A DNA stretch of 64,000 nucleotides, taken from assembly GCA_001244265.2 (NCBI GenBank), contig CDLV01000009.1, positions 496,001 through 560,000 of the forward strand, read 5' to 3'. The DNA is from Microbotryum violaceum. Taxonomy: Eukaryota. The translations under genes were made by a program, and so were the position numbers. Shown piece by piece: positions 1-11,122 of the stretch (the stretch's first letter is position 1; each line of letters opens with the position of its first letter). The notes beneath the pieces were generated by a model, which had not been told where the DNA came from, searched no databases, and saw only the letters and a program-made list of their open reading frames with translations.

Positions 1-1865
1 CGCAGTAAGACAGATGGATCCGTTCGAGCGAGGTGCGTTGCAAGAGCGCTTGAATGCCTTCGTCGGTGATGTTCGCGACTCGGACGAGACCGATGCGTTT
101 GAGGCGAGGGAGGTTCGTTGCGAGCTCAAAGACGGACAGGTCCGTCAACCGTGTGCAGCATGCCAGATCAATATATCGCAGTCGAGTGCACGACCGGGCC
201 AAGGCGGTGACGGCGACGTCGGTGATGTTGGACACGTGACCGAGGTGGAGGTAGTGGAGGTGCTTGCCCAGCAGACTGATCGAATGAATGGCATCGTCGG
301 TCAATCGACTGCACTTGGCGAGGATGAGGTTCCGGATGCGCGGCATATACTTGACGATCCCGGCAACCGCATCGTCGGTCAGCTGGGCAACACTGGTGAG
401 GTCGAGGTATCGCAGATGTTCGAACGGCTTGAGGCGGGGCGAAGCATCTATCGGTAACGGCCGAGGTATGAGCGAGCCGTCCATGGCGACCAGGGGCGGT
501 AAAGGAGAGGTCGATCGATCGGGGTCCTCGGGCATGTTGTACTCGCGCGTCGAGCCGAGCGAATGGATCATCGAGCTGGACGGGAAAGCATCCTCCGTGA
601 TCTCGGCACACCCCTGCAGAGAAAGTTCACGTAGAGCGGGTGAAGTTCGGAATATTTGAAGTAATGAAAGCGACGTGAGTCTCGTGCAAGCAATGAGATC
701 GACTTCGAGCAAGAGCGGACAGTTGATCGAGAGCAGAATGACCGAGCTGTCCGAAATGAGCGAAACCTGTCGCAGCTTAATCTGTCCATTATCAACCAGA
801 AAGCAGATTGATGAGCCCAACCAGTTCTCGGCGTCCCGTTCGGGAAGAAACTGAACGTACCCTTCTGAGCGACTTGCACCGTTTCGCGATCGTCTCCATC
901 CCGAGATCCGTCACCTCCTTGCACCCGCTTAGATTCAACCCCTGCAGCTTCGGACTGCTCTTCGCGATCGTCTGGCACACCGCGTCATTTACTTCAACGA
1001 CGTCACTCAAGTCCAACGCCGCCAGCCTCGTGCAATTGCTCAACAACGCGATCAAGCTCTCGGGTCCGAGCGTTCGGCATCCAGCTAGCGTAAGTCGCTC
1101 CAACCGTACGCACGGCAGCAATTTGCGCAACACCTTGTCCGTCATCTCCTCGTGTAGAGTCGAAAAATTGAGTCGCCGGATAAAGGTCGGGTATGGGAAT
1201 GTCTGGTCGGGCGAGTGGATGACCTGCAGCATCCCCGAGAGCGACGGTAACGAGGTGAACGAAGGTTTGTGCCATAGCAACTCGACACCGCACTGGCACC
1301 AGGCTTTGCACACGAGCAGGGCCGGAGACAGTGATGCAGCCGGTAGGAGGCGTAAAATGTGGAGCAGGATCTCGTGCGGAAGAGAGGAAGCGGGGATCGG
1401 CGCAGTCGTCGTAAGTGGGGCCGCTTCAGACGAGATGGTGACGGGTGCGCTCGAGGTCAAGACGGTCGGGTGCGAGATAGGTGCATAGCTCATCGTCGAC
1501 AGTGGTGAAGGACCATGACTACCCTGATTGAACGGCCACGGTGTGGACAGCGAGTTGGGTCGAGGTGTCGCGACAGCAGGGGAAGTGATGGCCAAGGAGA
1601 GGGACGAGCTATTGCCGCCGGCCTGATCGTCGTCGAGAAAGTCCGAGTCGTCGGCCGATTCCTCCTCGACGTCGGGATCGGCATCGCGGTCGCGGTCGCG
1701 TTCTTGTTCTTCGGATTCGAGCGAGGAGTTTCCTTCGTGCATGACCATGTCGCGGTCCGAGATGAGGCCCGAGCTCGAAGCGATCGAAGGCGAGCGGGAG
1801 GTTTGGGACTCGAGCGTGTGGGCGCTCGTGCTGGCCAACCCGAGGCTGTTTCCGTTGGAGACCAT
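1..1865 (-). CDS. GRR1: SCF F-box/leucine-rich-repeat protein (Grr1-like), 3' end runs off the window
   Basis: ORF 792..1865 has an F-box (LPHEILLHIL...LLVCKAWCQCGVELLW) and Grr1-type LRRs (FPYPTFIRRLNF, CVRLERLTLAGC, LQGLNLSGC). After an intron (~783-860) the LRRs continue (IKLRQVSLISD...CPLLLEVDL) to base 1. Confidence 0.9.
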
Positions 1866-2908
1866 GGTGGTCGTAGTGTTGGGATCGAATAAAAGTCTAA
1901 AGAGAGGGTGGAAATAGAGTACGTCAGCTTGAAAGCCGTGGTTGAGTCATCCACGTAGGCGAGCGAACGAAAAATTGGTCTGACGGCGTTGACAGGAGCG
2001 AGCTGGGGCCAGACGGTCGTCGGCGATGAGACAAGCGATCGCGGAGGGGGAGAAAGCAGTGATCAAGCTCGGGCAAAGCACCGCAAAAGTATCCATCAAC
2101 CAGACCAAGACTGAAGAGGGAGACGGTGCACATGCTGCGATGACAGCCGAGCCCACACGAGCAGCTCGCCACGACACCCTCACGGGTGAAGGGAGGTGCC
2201 AAGCGAGTGGGAGAGGTGCCTCGTCACCACGACGGTGCAACCCAAGACAGTAAGCTACGAATATACCTCGAGCTAGGCTGGACAGTCATGGCATGCACCG
2301 CATCTCGTCCGAGCGCTGGTCGTCAAGCGAACCAGCGCGCCAGCTCGTTCGTCCCAGTAACCAGCCCGATACCGCTCCATCAAGTCATGTAGCCCGAGAC
2401 TGACCTCTACATAAACTCGTCCCGTACTTGTTCGAGGTGATTGTCGCGTGTATTCTGAACAAGTGCAAGCGCCGAGACCGCACTGTCGGCACGTGAAAGG
2501 AGTGGTCCTACAAAGGGCTGGCCACTCACCACCGACCAGCCCAGCCGCGCAAGCTCGCGCATTCGACCCCGCGCAAGCCGACGAATCGGCCACTTGTAAG
2601 GCTACATTCCCGATTACAAATCCCCAGACTCCCACAATCTCCCCACATCCCGGGGACGGTCTAATCGCTTCGGGCCGGGGCAACCGTTGTTTGAACTTTG
2701 CGTTTGTCTCTCAGGTACGATGACGGGTTGGGTGTCTTGTCTACAAAGTAAGCGCATAGAATTCCACAATCCAGCGGACTGGTAGACCACCGCCGAAAAC
2801 AAAGAGAGGAAACAGCAAAGAAGGAGCAAAAAAGGGAAAGTGTAAAAATGAGGAGAAAAGAAGAGGGTGAAAAAAGAAGATCACAATGGAATGTGCATGT
2901 GTATGATT

Positions 2909-5423
2909 CTACATGTTGATCTTGCCCCCGGCGGCGCCCTTCTTGGAGACCAACTTGGCTCGCTCGATCTCGGCTTGCGAGTTCTTGACCAACGTGTTCT
3001 TGTAATCAACGATACTGATGTCCGACTTGCTCAGATCCAAGATCTTCTTGTTCTTGACTTCCCACAATTGTTCCGCGACTTGGGAGATCAGGCGGAAATC
3101 GTGAGAGACGATCACGACACCACCGGAGAACTCGCGGATCGCCTTGGCCAACGCGTCGATCGAACCCATGTCCAAGTGGTTGGTCGGCTCGTCGAGCAAG
3201 AGGATGTCGGGTCGCTCCATCGCCAACTGCGCAAACACGACTCGGTTACGCAGACCATCCGACAACTGACTAATCGGCGAGGTCTGATGCGTGCCACTGA
3301 TTCCGAAGCGACCGATCTGCGCTCGGAAGTACTGAATATCCTTGTCCGGAAACTTGGGCTTGAATGTCTTCTCAAAGTACTCGAGCGGCGACTCGTGGTA
3401 CGGCAGCTGGTCGGCCGAGTGCTGAGAGTACTTGGCGAGCTTCAACGACGGGTGGCGGTTGACCGTGCCCTGCAGGGGTTGCAGTTGCCCCGTGATGAGG
3501 TTCAACAGCGTCGATTTACCCGTACCGTTCTGGCCGACGATGGCGATACGCGAGTCCATGTCGATACCGAACGAGAGGTCCTTGTACAGCGCATCCTGCA
3601 TCTTGCCAGAGTACGCGAACGCGACGTCGCTGAAGGCGATGATCGGCGGCGGCAATTTGCGCACGTCCTCAAAGTTGAACGAGAGCGGCTTGCGCTCGGT
3701 GACCTTCTCGATGAAGCCCTCGGCCTCCATCTTGTCGATGATCTTTTGCTTCGACTTGGCCTGCTTGACCAAGTTGGCGTACGTTCCGGCACTGGCGATG
3801 AAGTCCTTGATATGCTTGATCTCGTCCTGCTGCTTCTGGTACGCCTTCATTTGATTTGTCTCGTTCTCGGTCTTGGTTCGGACGTAGGTCGAGTAGTTAC
3901 CACCGTACGAGATGAACTTTCGCTGTTGGGTCAAGTCGAGGATGTTGGTGCAGACCGTGTCCATGAAATCGGCCGAGTGCGACGTCAGAACGAGGATGTG
4001 GTTGTAGGTCGACAGGTAAGCTTCGAGCCACACGACGGCTTCCAGATCCAAGTGATTGGTCGGTTCGTCGAGCAAGAGCAAGTGAGGTCGGATCGTCAAG
4101 GCCTTGGCGAGCGCGACTCGCATCCTCCATCCACCGGACATGTCTTTCGTCGCCTTGGCCATCATCGCCGGCCCGAACCCGAGACCGTGCAAGATGGCAC
4201 CGGCCTTGGCCTCGAACGTGTTGGGGTCAAGTTCCTCGAGCTCCTCGTACTTGAGCTCGAGCGCGAGCTCGTCGACGTTGTCGGCGACCGACATCTCCTC
4301 GATCTGTCGCTCGATACGCGCAACCTTCTCCTTGGCCGACTGGACGATGTAGTCCAGTGCGGTCATCTCGGACGGCTCGGCCTCACCCTGGACGAGGTAA
4401 ATGTCGATGTGCTCCGGAATCTCGACATCTCGGGCAGCAATGGATTGGAGCCATGTCGTCTGATCATCGGAGGACGGATTCAAAGTCAGCCTTCGTCCAA
4501 GTTATCAACCGGGACTGCGAGTCGGAAACTGACCTTTCCTGAACCGTTGTCACCGAGGAGACCGTATCTTTTGAAATGACAGCCCGAATGATTAGTCACC
4601 TCTTCGACCACCTATTCCTAGTTCACCGACAACGCACCGGTTACCGTAGTTGAGCGAAAAGTCGGCGTTCTCAATCAAAAGACGGCCGTGGAACGACAGA
4701 GAGTACGACTGGATCTGGATATCACGACTCTGACCATCCGAGACGACGACACCACTTCCCGAACGGTCGGTTGCGAGGCGCAACTTGGCCATGGAGAGGT
4801 CCTCTTCCGAGTTGGCGGCCGAGACGGAGGTCAAGGGGGTGTTGGTCGCGGACGCGGCTTTGGACCCGGCTCGGGACCCCGTCTTGGACGAAGCGGTCGA
4901 GGATTCACCCTTGGCAGCGGCCTTGGCGGCCTATTGATAGTCGGTAGACGTGAGTCGAGGTGCAGAGAAAAATATTGATGGACCGAGTTTGAGAGAGAAT
5001 AAATTGTCGGGCCAAGCGGCGGCACCGGGAAAGCAGCGAGAAGACTCAAAAAGTCAGCCGTTCCGTCCGTCGCAACGTAGAGAGAATGCGCATGTAGGCA
5101 AACTCATGGGGCAAGGTACTAACCTTTTCTGCCATTCGCTTGGCTTTTGATGCAGAAATGGGTGCCTGTGTGACGACATCGGGGACGCGTGTGAGCAAAT
5201 ACGGCTTTTGTGTGAGGTTTGCGACCCGACCCAACGCGTGCGGAACGGAACTCGACCTGACGACGGCCGGGAGCAAGCGAGCAGCTGTGACCCTTCGCAC
5301 GGGAGCTCGACAGCGACTCGAGCCGCGTCGCCTCATCCCGAGCCGCCCATGGATGTCATCCTTCGCTGGGCCAATGCAAGGTCTATCGTCCATCTCCGCA
5401 CTCTTCAGAGCTTGACTTACCAT
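2909..5423 (-). CDS. ARB1: ABC-F family ATPase (Arb1/ABCF2)
   Basis: Two ABC domains without TM segments (GDNGSGK, MSGGWRMR, LLLDEPTNHLD, GQNGTGKST, LSDG). N-terminus M|APISASKAKR from an ATG-only exon at 5421-5423 followed by GTAAGT. Confidence 0.93.
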
Positions 5424-5794
5424 GATGTAGGTAAGGATGCGGGGGTGCTGAACCTAGAGAGGAGCAGCGGAAGGTGGCGGAGCAACGCCAACGATCCATA
5501 GCGAATTTCAGGCTCGTGTCGTCGTCAGTGCCGCGCGCCATTTTTCGGTGGTCACAATTTCGCCCCTCCCAATTACAAAGTCGGCAATTCAAGATGTCGA
5601 GTCACACCCTCTCGCCTGCGAACAAGTCGTTTACCCCCGAAAAAACACGGATGCATTTTCACCTTCGCCGAAGGTACAAGAGGAAAAAACAGAAACGTGG
5701 CAAAAAGCTAGAACAAGAGAAAGGTAGAAGAGCAACGCCGGCAAGAAAGGGAACCCACAAAGACTCTAAACGAACGTCCAAGGTTTTCGTTCGC

Positions 5795-6783
5795 TTAGAG
5801 CTTGACTTCCTTGAGTCCGTCCTTCCAGAAGATGAAGTAAGGCGTTGTGCCGTCCTCGCGGTAGTTGAGCAAAGCGATCATGCCGTCGCTGTGAAGAGTG
5901 TCGACGTCAGTTGTTTTGCTCTGATACAGGTCAAGATGAACGCGAAGGCACTCACGGGTTCATCGATTCACCGGTGTAGAACTCGTAGTCCTTGAAGTTG
6001 CCCAAGACCCTGATCGAGCCCGAACGCAGCAGAACTTTAGCACACCAAAACCATCAGATAGCAGTCTCGACTCGTACTGACTTCTTGGCAAGGACAGCGG
6101 CGCCCTTCTCGAACTCGGGAATGCGATCGGGGTTGGTGGCTTGGAGGTGCGCCTTGATGGCCTTCATGTAACCCTTGAGGTAGGTCATGTACGACTTCTT
6201 GTCGAACGAGGTCGCGGTCAAGCGGAACGAGTTGACGATGTTGTTGACCTGCGAGTCACCCTCTTGGAGATCCTCCTCGGCTTCCTCGGCCGAACTGCGC
6301 AGGCGGGTAAGAATCACGACGAGGATGAGCCACTTGTCTTGGCGTCGAGCCAGCGCAATATGCAGTAAGATGTGACTTACGCGTTGGCACCAATGTCAAT
6401 TTGACCGGCACGGAGGGTGATGACGGCGCAGTCAGCCTCGTAGGCGACTCCGTCGACTTCCTTGAGCTAATGGGGACATGTGGAATGGGGAAGAGTCAGC
6501 ACAATGGGTGATAAAACGCGGTGGCAGGTGCATCGTTTGAATGGGGTCCAAGTCGTTACACCCATGAGCGACAAATGGGTCCGTATAACGAGAATATCGA
6601 CCATGTACCGAGCTCGCGTGATCCAGAATCACAACCATCCGCGTGGCTACGCCTCGTTCGCGACGACACGACGAACACGACCACGAGACCGTCGCCAGAA
6701 CCCCAAACCTGCACGAGGTAACTCACGTCGTAGGCATCCGAGACCATCTCGTCGCCGGTGAGAACGTCGGTGTACAACAACAT
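5795..6783 (-). CDS. TMA19: Translationally controlled tumour protein (TCTP)
   Basis: Exons read [47 protein letters not shown] and [25 protein letters not shown]. Confidence 0.95.
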
Positions 6784-7674
6784 GGTGGCTAGTGGATTTG
6801 GTGGGGGTGATGGAGGGTGGTGTGAGGGCGTGGCTTTGTGAATGGGGAATGCGAGCGAACACGAGAACGCCGTGGGAGAACGTGCGAAACGACGACGAGG
6901 AGCGGAAGGGGTGAAGATGGGAGACAAGAAGAGCTTGTTGATTAGAGCTAAGCTCCTTGAAAGCAGTGCTCGATCGCCGTGAATTGGGTAGGTAGCAACT
7001 CACATGTGCGTTTAGTATGGAGAGCTGCAACAAGAGTTTCAGTCGCCCGCCAAGACCGCACACAGCAGCTGTCCCCCCTTCTGGCGTCTCCGCAGGTCAG
7101 GCCGGTCAGGCCGGTCAGGCGCGAAAATCTTGGGCCGCGCTGGGCCAGCCGAGGCCGCGGTCTCGCCACGCCGACTCGGCTGCGAAACATGCCTCGAGCG
7201 GAATGTCGATGTTGCCTGAGAGTTGAGCGAGCTCGAGTCAGCTGACGCCCGAGGCAGTCGGTCGGATCGCATTTCGATCAGTCAACACGGGTTAGTCGAA
7301 TATGAGAGTTGCTGGGACTATGCACAACTTGTATGCAGCCAACCGAGTAGTTCCGCTGGGAATCACACTCCTCTGCTCCCAATCTCGGCAGGCACCCACT
7401 CTCCCCCACGCGGAACTCGAACTCTAGAGCGTAGTTGTGATGCGACCATTACAGCAACGTGGAAAAATCCGGGGAGCCACTCTCTAAAGAAAAGAAAAGA
7501 AGCAGGACCAGGAAGACTGCGTGTTGTTTTACCCCCATCATGAGGGAGAGAAGAGGGGGGGGGGGGGGGGAGTTCCCTCCATCCAGCGTACGTCCAACGA
7601 AACTGCTTCGGCCGAGGATCGAGAAACGTAACGAAGACGAAGGCCATTTTGGAGTTTGCGGTTTGTCGATTGAT

Positions 7675-8217
7675 TTAGTACTTGACGAACGTCTTGGCCT
7701 TGGCCTTGGACACTCGGAGTACGTTGAAGCGGACGGTCTTGGACAAAGGTCGGCATTGGCCGACGGTGACCTGGTCGCCGAGATCGACGCGGAACGCGGG
7801 CGAGCAGTGCGCGGCAAAGTTCTTGTGTCGCTTCTCGTATCGGTTGTACTTCGAGACGAACATGAGGTACTCTCGTCGGCAGATGATGGTGCGGGTCATC
7901 TTGTTGGACATGACCTTGCCCGTCAGGATACGGCCACGGATCGAGACCTCGCCGGTGAAGGGGCACTTCTTATCAATGTAGGTACCGTTGATGGCCTCCT
8001 TGGGGGTCTGTGGAAGATTGCGAACCCAAAACCCACACCATCAGCAAACAAGCGCCAAGGCGATTCCCCAAAATGACTTCGAACGCACCTTGAACCCAAG
8101 TCCGACATCCTTGTACCAGCGACGGTCCTTGCCAGCCGACTTCTTGGACTTGGCCGTAACCTTGGCGTTCTGGAAGAGGGGTTGCTTCTGGAAGGACTTT
8201 TCGATTTGCTCTGCCAT
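7675..8217 (-). CDS. RPS11: 40S ribosomal protein S11 (uS17)
   Basis: [13 protein letters not shown]...[11 protein letters not shown], intron, then [10 protein letters not shown]...[10 protein letters not shown]...[15 protein letters not shown]. Confidence 0.97.
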
Positions 8218-9277
8218 GGTGGCTGTAAGAATCGGAGTGAAAGATAAGGGGGAGCAGCGCAGCGCGGAGGAAGGGGAGAGAGCAAGGGTCAGCGATCGGT
8301 CGCGGCGAGCAGGTGGAATGCGCGAATTGACACGGCTGCTCGCTGAGGTCGTGAGCTCGGTGTCGTGCAGTTGTGCGGAGCTGTTCTCGAGTCGAGTTGT
8401 GTCGTGTCGAGGGTCGTGGTCGTGCGATTACTATCATTCATCGTCCCTTTATGACTGTAGTCACTCCACGTTGTACCAATGCACAGGCATACGACGGCGA
8501 CGACGGCGACGACGGGATGCGTCCCCCCCTCTTCGCACGCTCAACACGCCCCCGCGATGCAACTCCATGCACTCCAATACCCCCGATCCTCCTCAAAGCG
8601 TTTCATCCCCATCCCACAACACCATCCAACCATCAGCGCATCAACCCAGTGTGACGCCGTGCTCCACGCTCCCCCTCCTAAGCGCGCTGCGACGCCCAGC
8701 GCCAGGGAAGAAGTTTTGAGGCGTAGCCACCACCCGCCTCCTCCCCTACAATCCAACTACTCAAGGCTACGAGCCCCTTCCCTAAGCGTCCCTCCTCATC
8801 CCAGTCGAGTCCAAAGTCGATGTCGATCTAGTCGTAGTCGTAATCGATCTCCAGAGTCGCAGCAAGTGAAAAGAGCGGGTGGCAGGCCTTACAGGTTGTT
8901 AGTTTGGACACGAAGGGGGGGATCGAACGCACAGCGGGGAAGCGTTCAAGCCCATTTCCCGCCTTGGACGGGGTCGTCTGCAGCTCGCGAGCTGGTCGAC
9001 TTTCGGGCCAGCGCGAGGGTGAAAAAAGCCCTGGCGCGGCTGGGGGGACCATTTTGACCATAGGCAAATTTCGGCCCGACGGATTTCGGACCAGCCTGGC
9101 CCCTCAAGCTTGGAGGCTGGGAAGTGTAGTACCACCTTGCTGCGGTAGTGCTCTCTTCGGTAATGCTCTCTTCATCAGAATGCACTCAAATTGAATCAAA
9201 AGCATATGCCTCCTTTCGTTGAAGTACAAAAGGTCTCTGAGCTCGTCTTCAATTTTCAAGAAACTCCCCAATACTCC

Positions 9278-11122
9278 TTACATCACCCCTCTCAACCACT
9301 TTAACACTTCTTTTACCCGCTTCCCTTTCAATCCCTGCGGTATTTTATTCTCGACTCCATCCAGAGATCCATACCGTAGATCCTGTACGATCTCACGCAC
9401 TGTCTGTGCGGCTCGGTAATAATCCGCATTCAAAGGTGAGGTCGTAATCGTGCATGAGGTGATGAGCGCGTGCCGGGAGGTGATGTGGTATGCCTAGAGG
9501 GTCGTTCGAAAACCGTTGAGTTAGATTTCGGGGCAACGTTGAGTTTACAAAAGTGCTCACTAGTGGTCCAAAGGGAAGTTCACCCGAGACGTCATGTGTG
9601 AATTCGGGCGTTTGGCCATACTTCCAATCCCATGACTGGGGAGACGTACTCCATCAGTGATCTTCAACGAGCTCAAAGTATGATGAGGCTCACCTGTAGT
9701 TCGTCGATGACGCCCCTGACATACTCGTTCCGCTCCACCTCGGATTCGTCAACTTCCTATCCCGCGCGGCCCACGATCACGGATCGCAGAGATTAGCCCT
9801 ACTCAATTCCACGCCACAGCCGTCTTCGACTCACATGAATCTTCAAGCCCTCATCGCCGTGACTTCTTCCAAACTCTTTCGTTACGGCTCGCACGAATGA
9901 GGCATGATCGATCGTGGAACTGAACTCGCGCAAGTTTTTGACGGGTGAGGGTACGGATGCCACGCCTTTGGTCACGAGAGTATCCTGGATGGGAGAAAAG
10001 TGGACGTCCAAACGATTAGTCAATGGTGGTTTCCTGAAAGCTGTACGTCGAAGTGCACCCACCCTGGAGTTCTCGAGCAGTCCTTTGAGGTCTTTGAGCT
10101 TGGCATCAATGAGCATGGTTCCGTGATGATACGCCCGAGCATTGACAAGCTTGAATGCCGAACCTGAGACGTAAAGACCGACAACAATTTCCCTAGATAA
10201 GCACTTTCATCCCCACCGACGCTCGAACTCGGTAAATCGAGCCTCAAGCCACCGACGACTCATCTTGAACGAATCGACACAGATATCATTCCTGTCATTG
10301 ACGTAAGCCTCGATTCCCAAATTGTTGAGCGCCCTAGCGACCAACTCGGCATTTGTCCGTCGTTCAAACTCGAGCCGAGGGACGAATACGCAATAATTTG
10401 TATTGCCGAGATCCTGTATAGAGGTTGGAGAACCTCATCTTCAGCATGCAGAAGACTCGGACGGGTGGATCGAGGTGGCCGTACATGATAGACGGTTCCT
10501 CCTCCTGATTTTCTCCGTACGAATGGAATTCCTAGTTGTTCCAATCGATGAAGGTCGATTTCCTTCCATGGATTCTGAAGGCATCATTCGGGACCAAATT
10601 AGTTCCTGGAAAGTGCAGTGCCTTGACGGAGTTCGGCACGATGAGCAGGCTAGCTTACCTGATTCCGACCGATGATGATGCTTGGCGTGTTGCGATACAT
10701 GTACAGGGTGATAATGGACGGATCTGTTTTACGAAATAGCCTGCGTCGCAGTCCCCAAGAGCCCATTAGCAGCTCGTCCTATCCTTGAGATGGGTCCGAG
10801 ACGATGCGATGTGGGGGAGGGGCAGAGGGGGGCAGCGAAGAAAGAAACCACTACGTACCAATCCTCGTAGGCCAAGTTGAAATGTGGATCATGGCTTTTG
10901 GAAACATAGATGGCGAGCTTGAGGAATGCAACTCGGGAGTTCCGGTCAGCTGCGAGGCCTCTGACATCCCCACCAGCTGCTCGCACGACTCACGGGTGCT
11001 TTGGACTCGCTTTGAAACGACACCGTTCCGGACAAGCTCCTGGATCTGGTGACCAAGCGAGTACATGCACATGCCGGAACAGCCTTGGTCGACCGCACGA
11101 GCTGAGATAAGAGGGGCTGCAT
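9278..11122 (-). CDS. AIM22: Mitochondrial lipoate-protein ligase A (Lip3/Aim22-like)
   Basis: Exons carry [35 protein letters not shown]...[20 protein letters not shown] and [11 protein letters not shown]. The start is inferred from a presequence-like exon ([13 protein letters not shown]...) and is less certain. Confidence 0.85.

Noticed and set aside
2867-4579. 570-aa plus-strand ORF, and similar long ORFs opposite UGA2, VAC14 and eIF3d
   Set aside because: Antisense shadows of real genes caused by GC-rich codon bias; no recognisable motifs.
7554-7570. Poly-G run (and poly-C at ~62576-62594)
   Set aside because: Simple homopolymers in 3' flanks with no further supporting structure.
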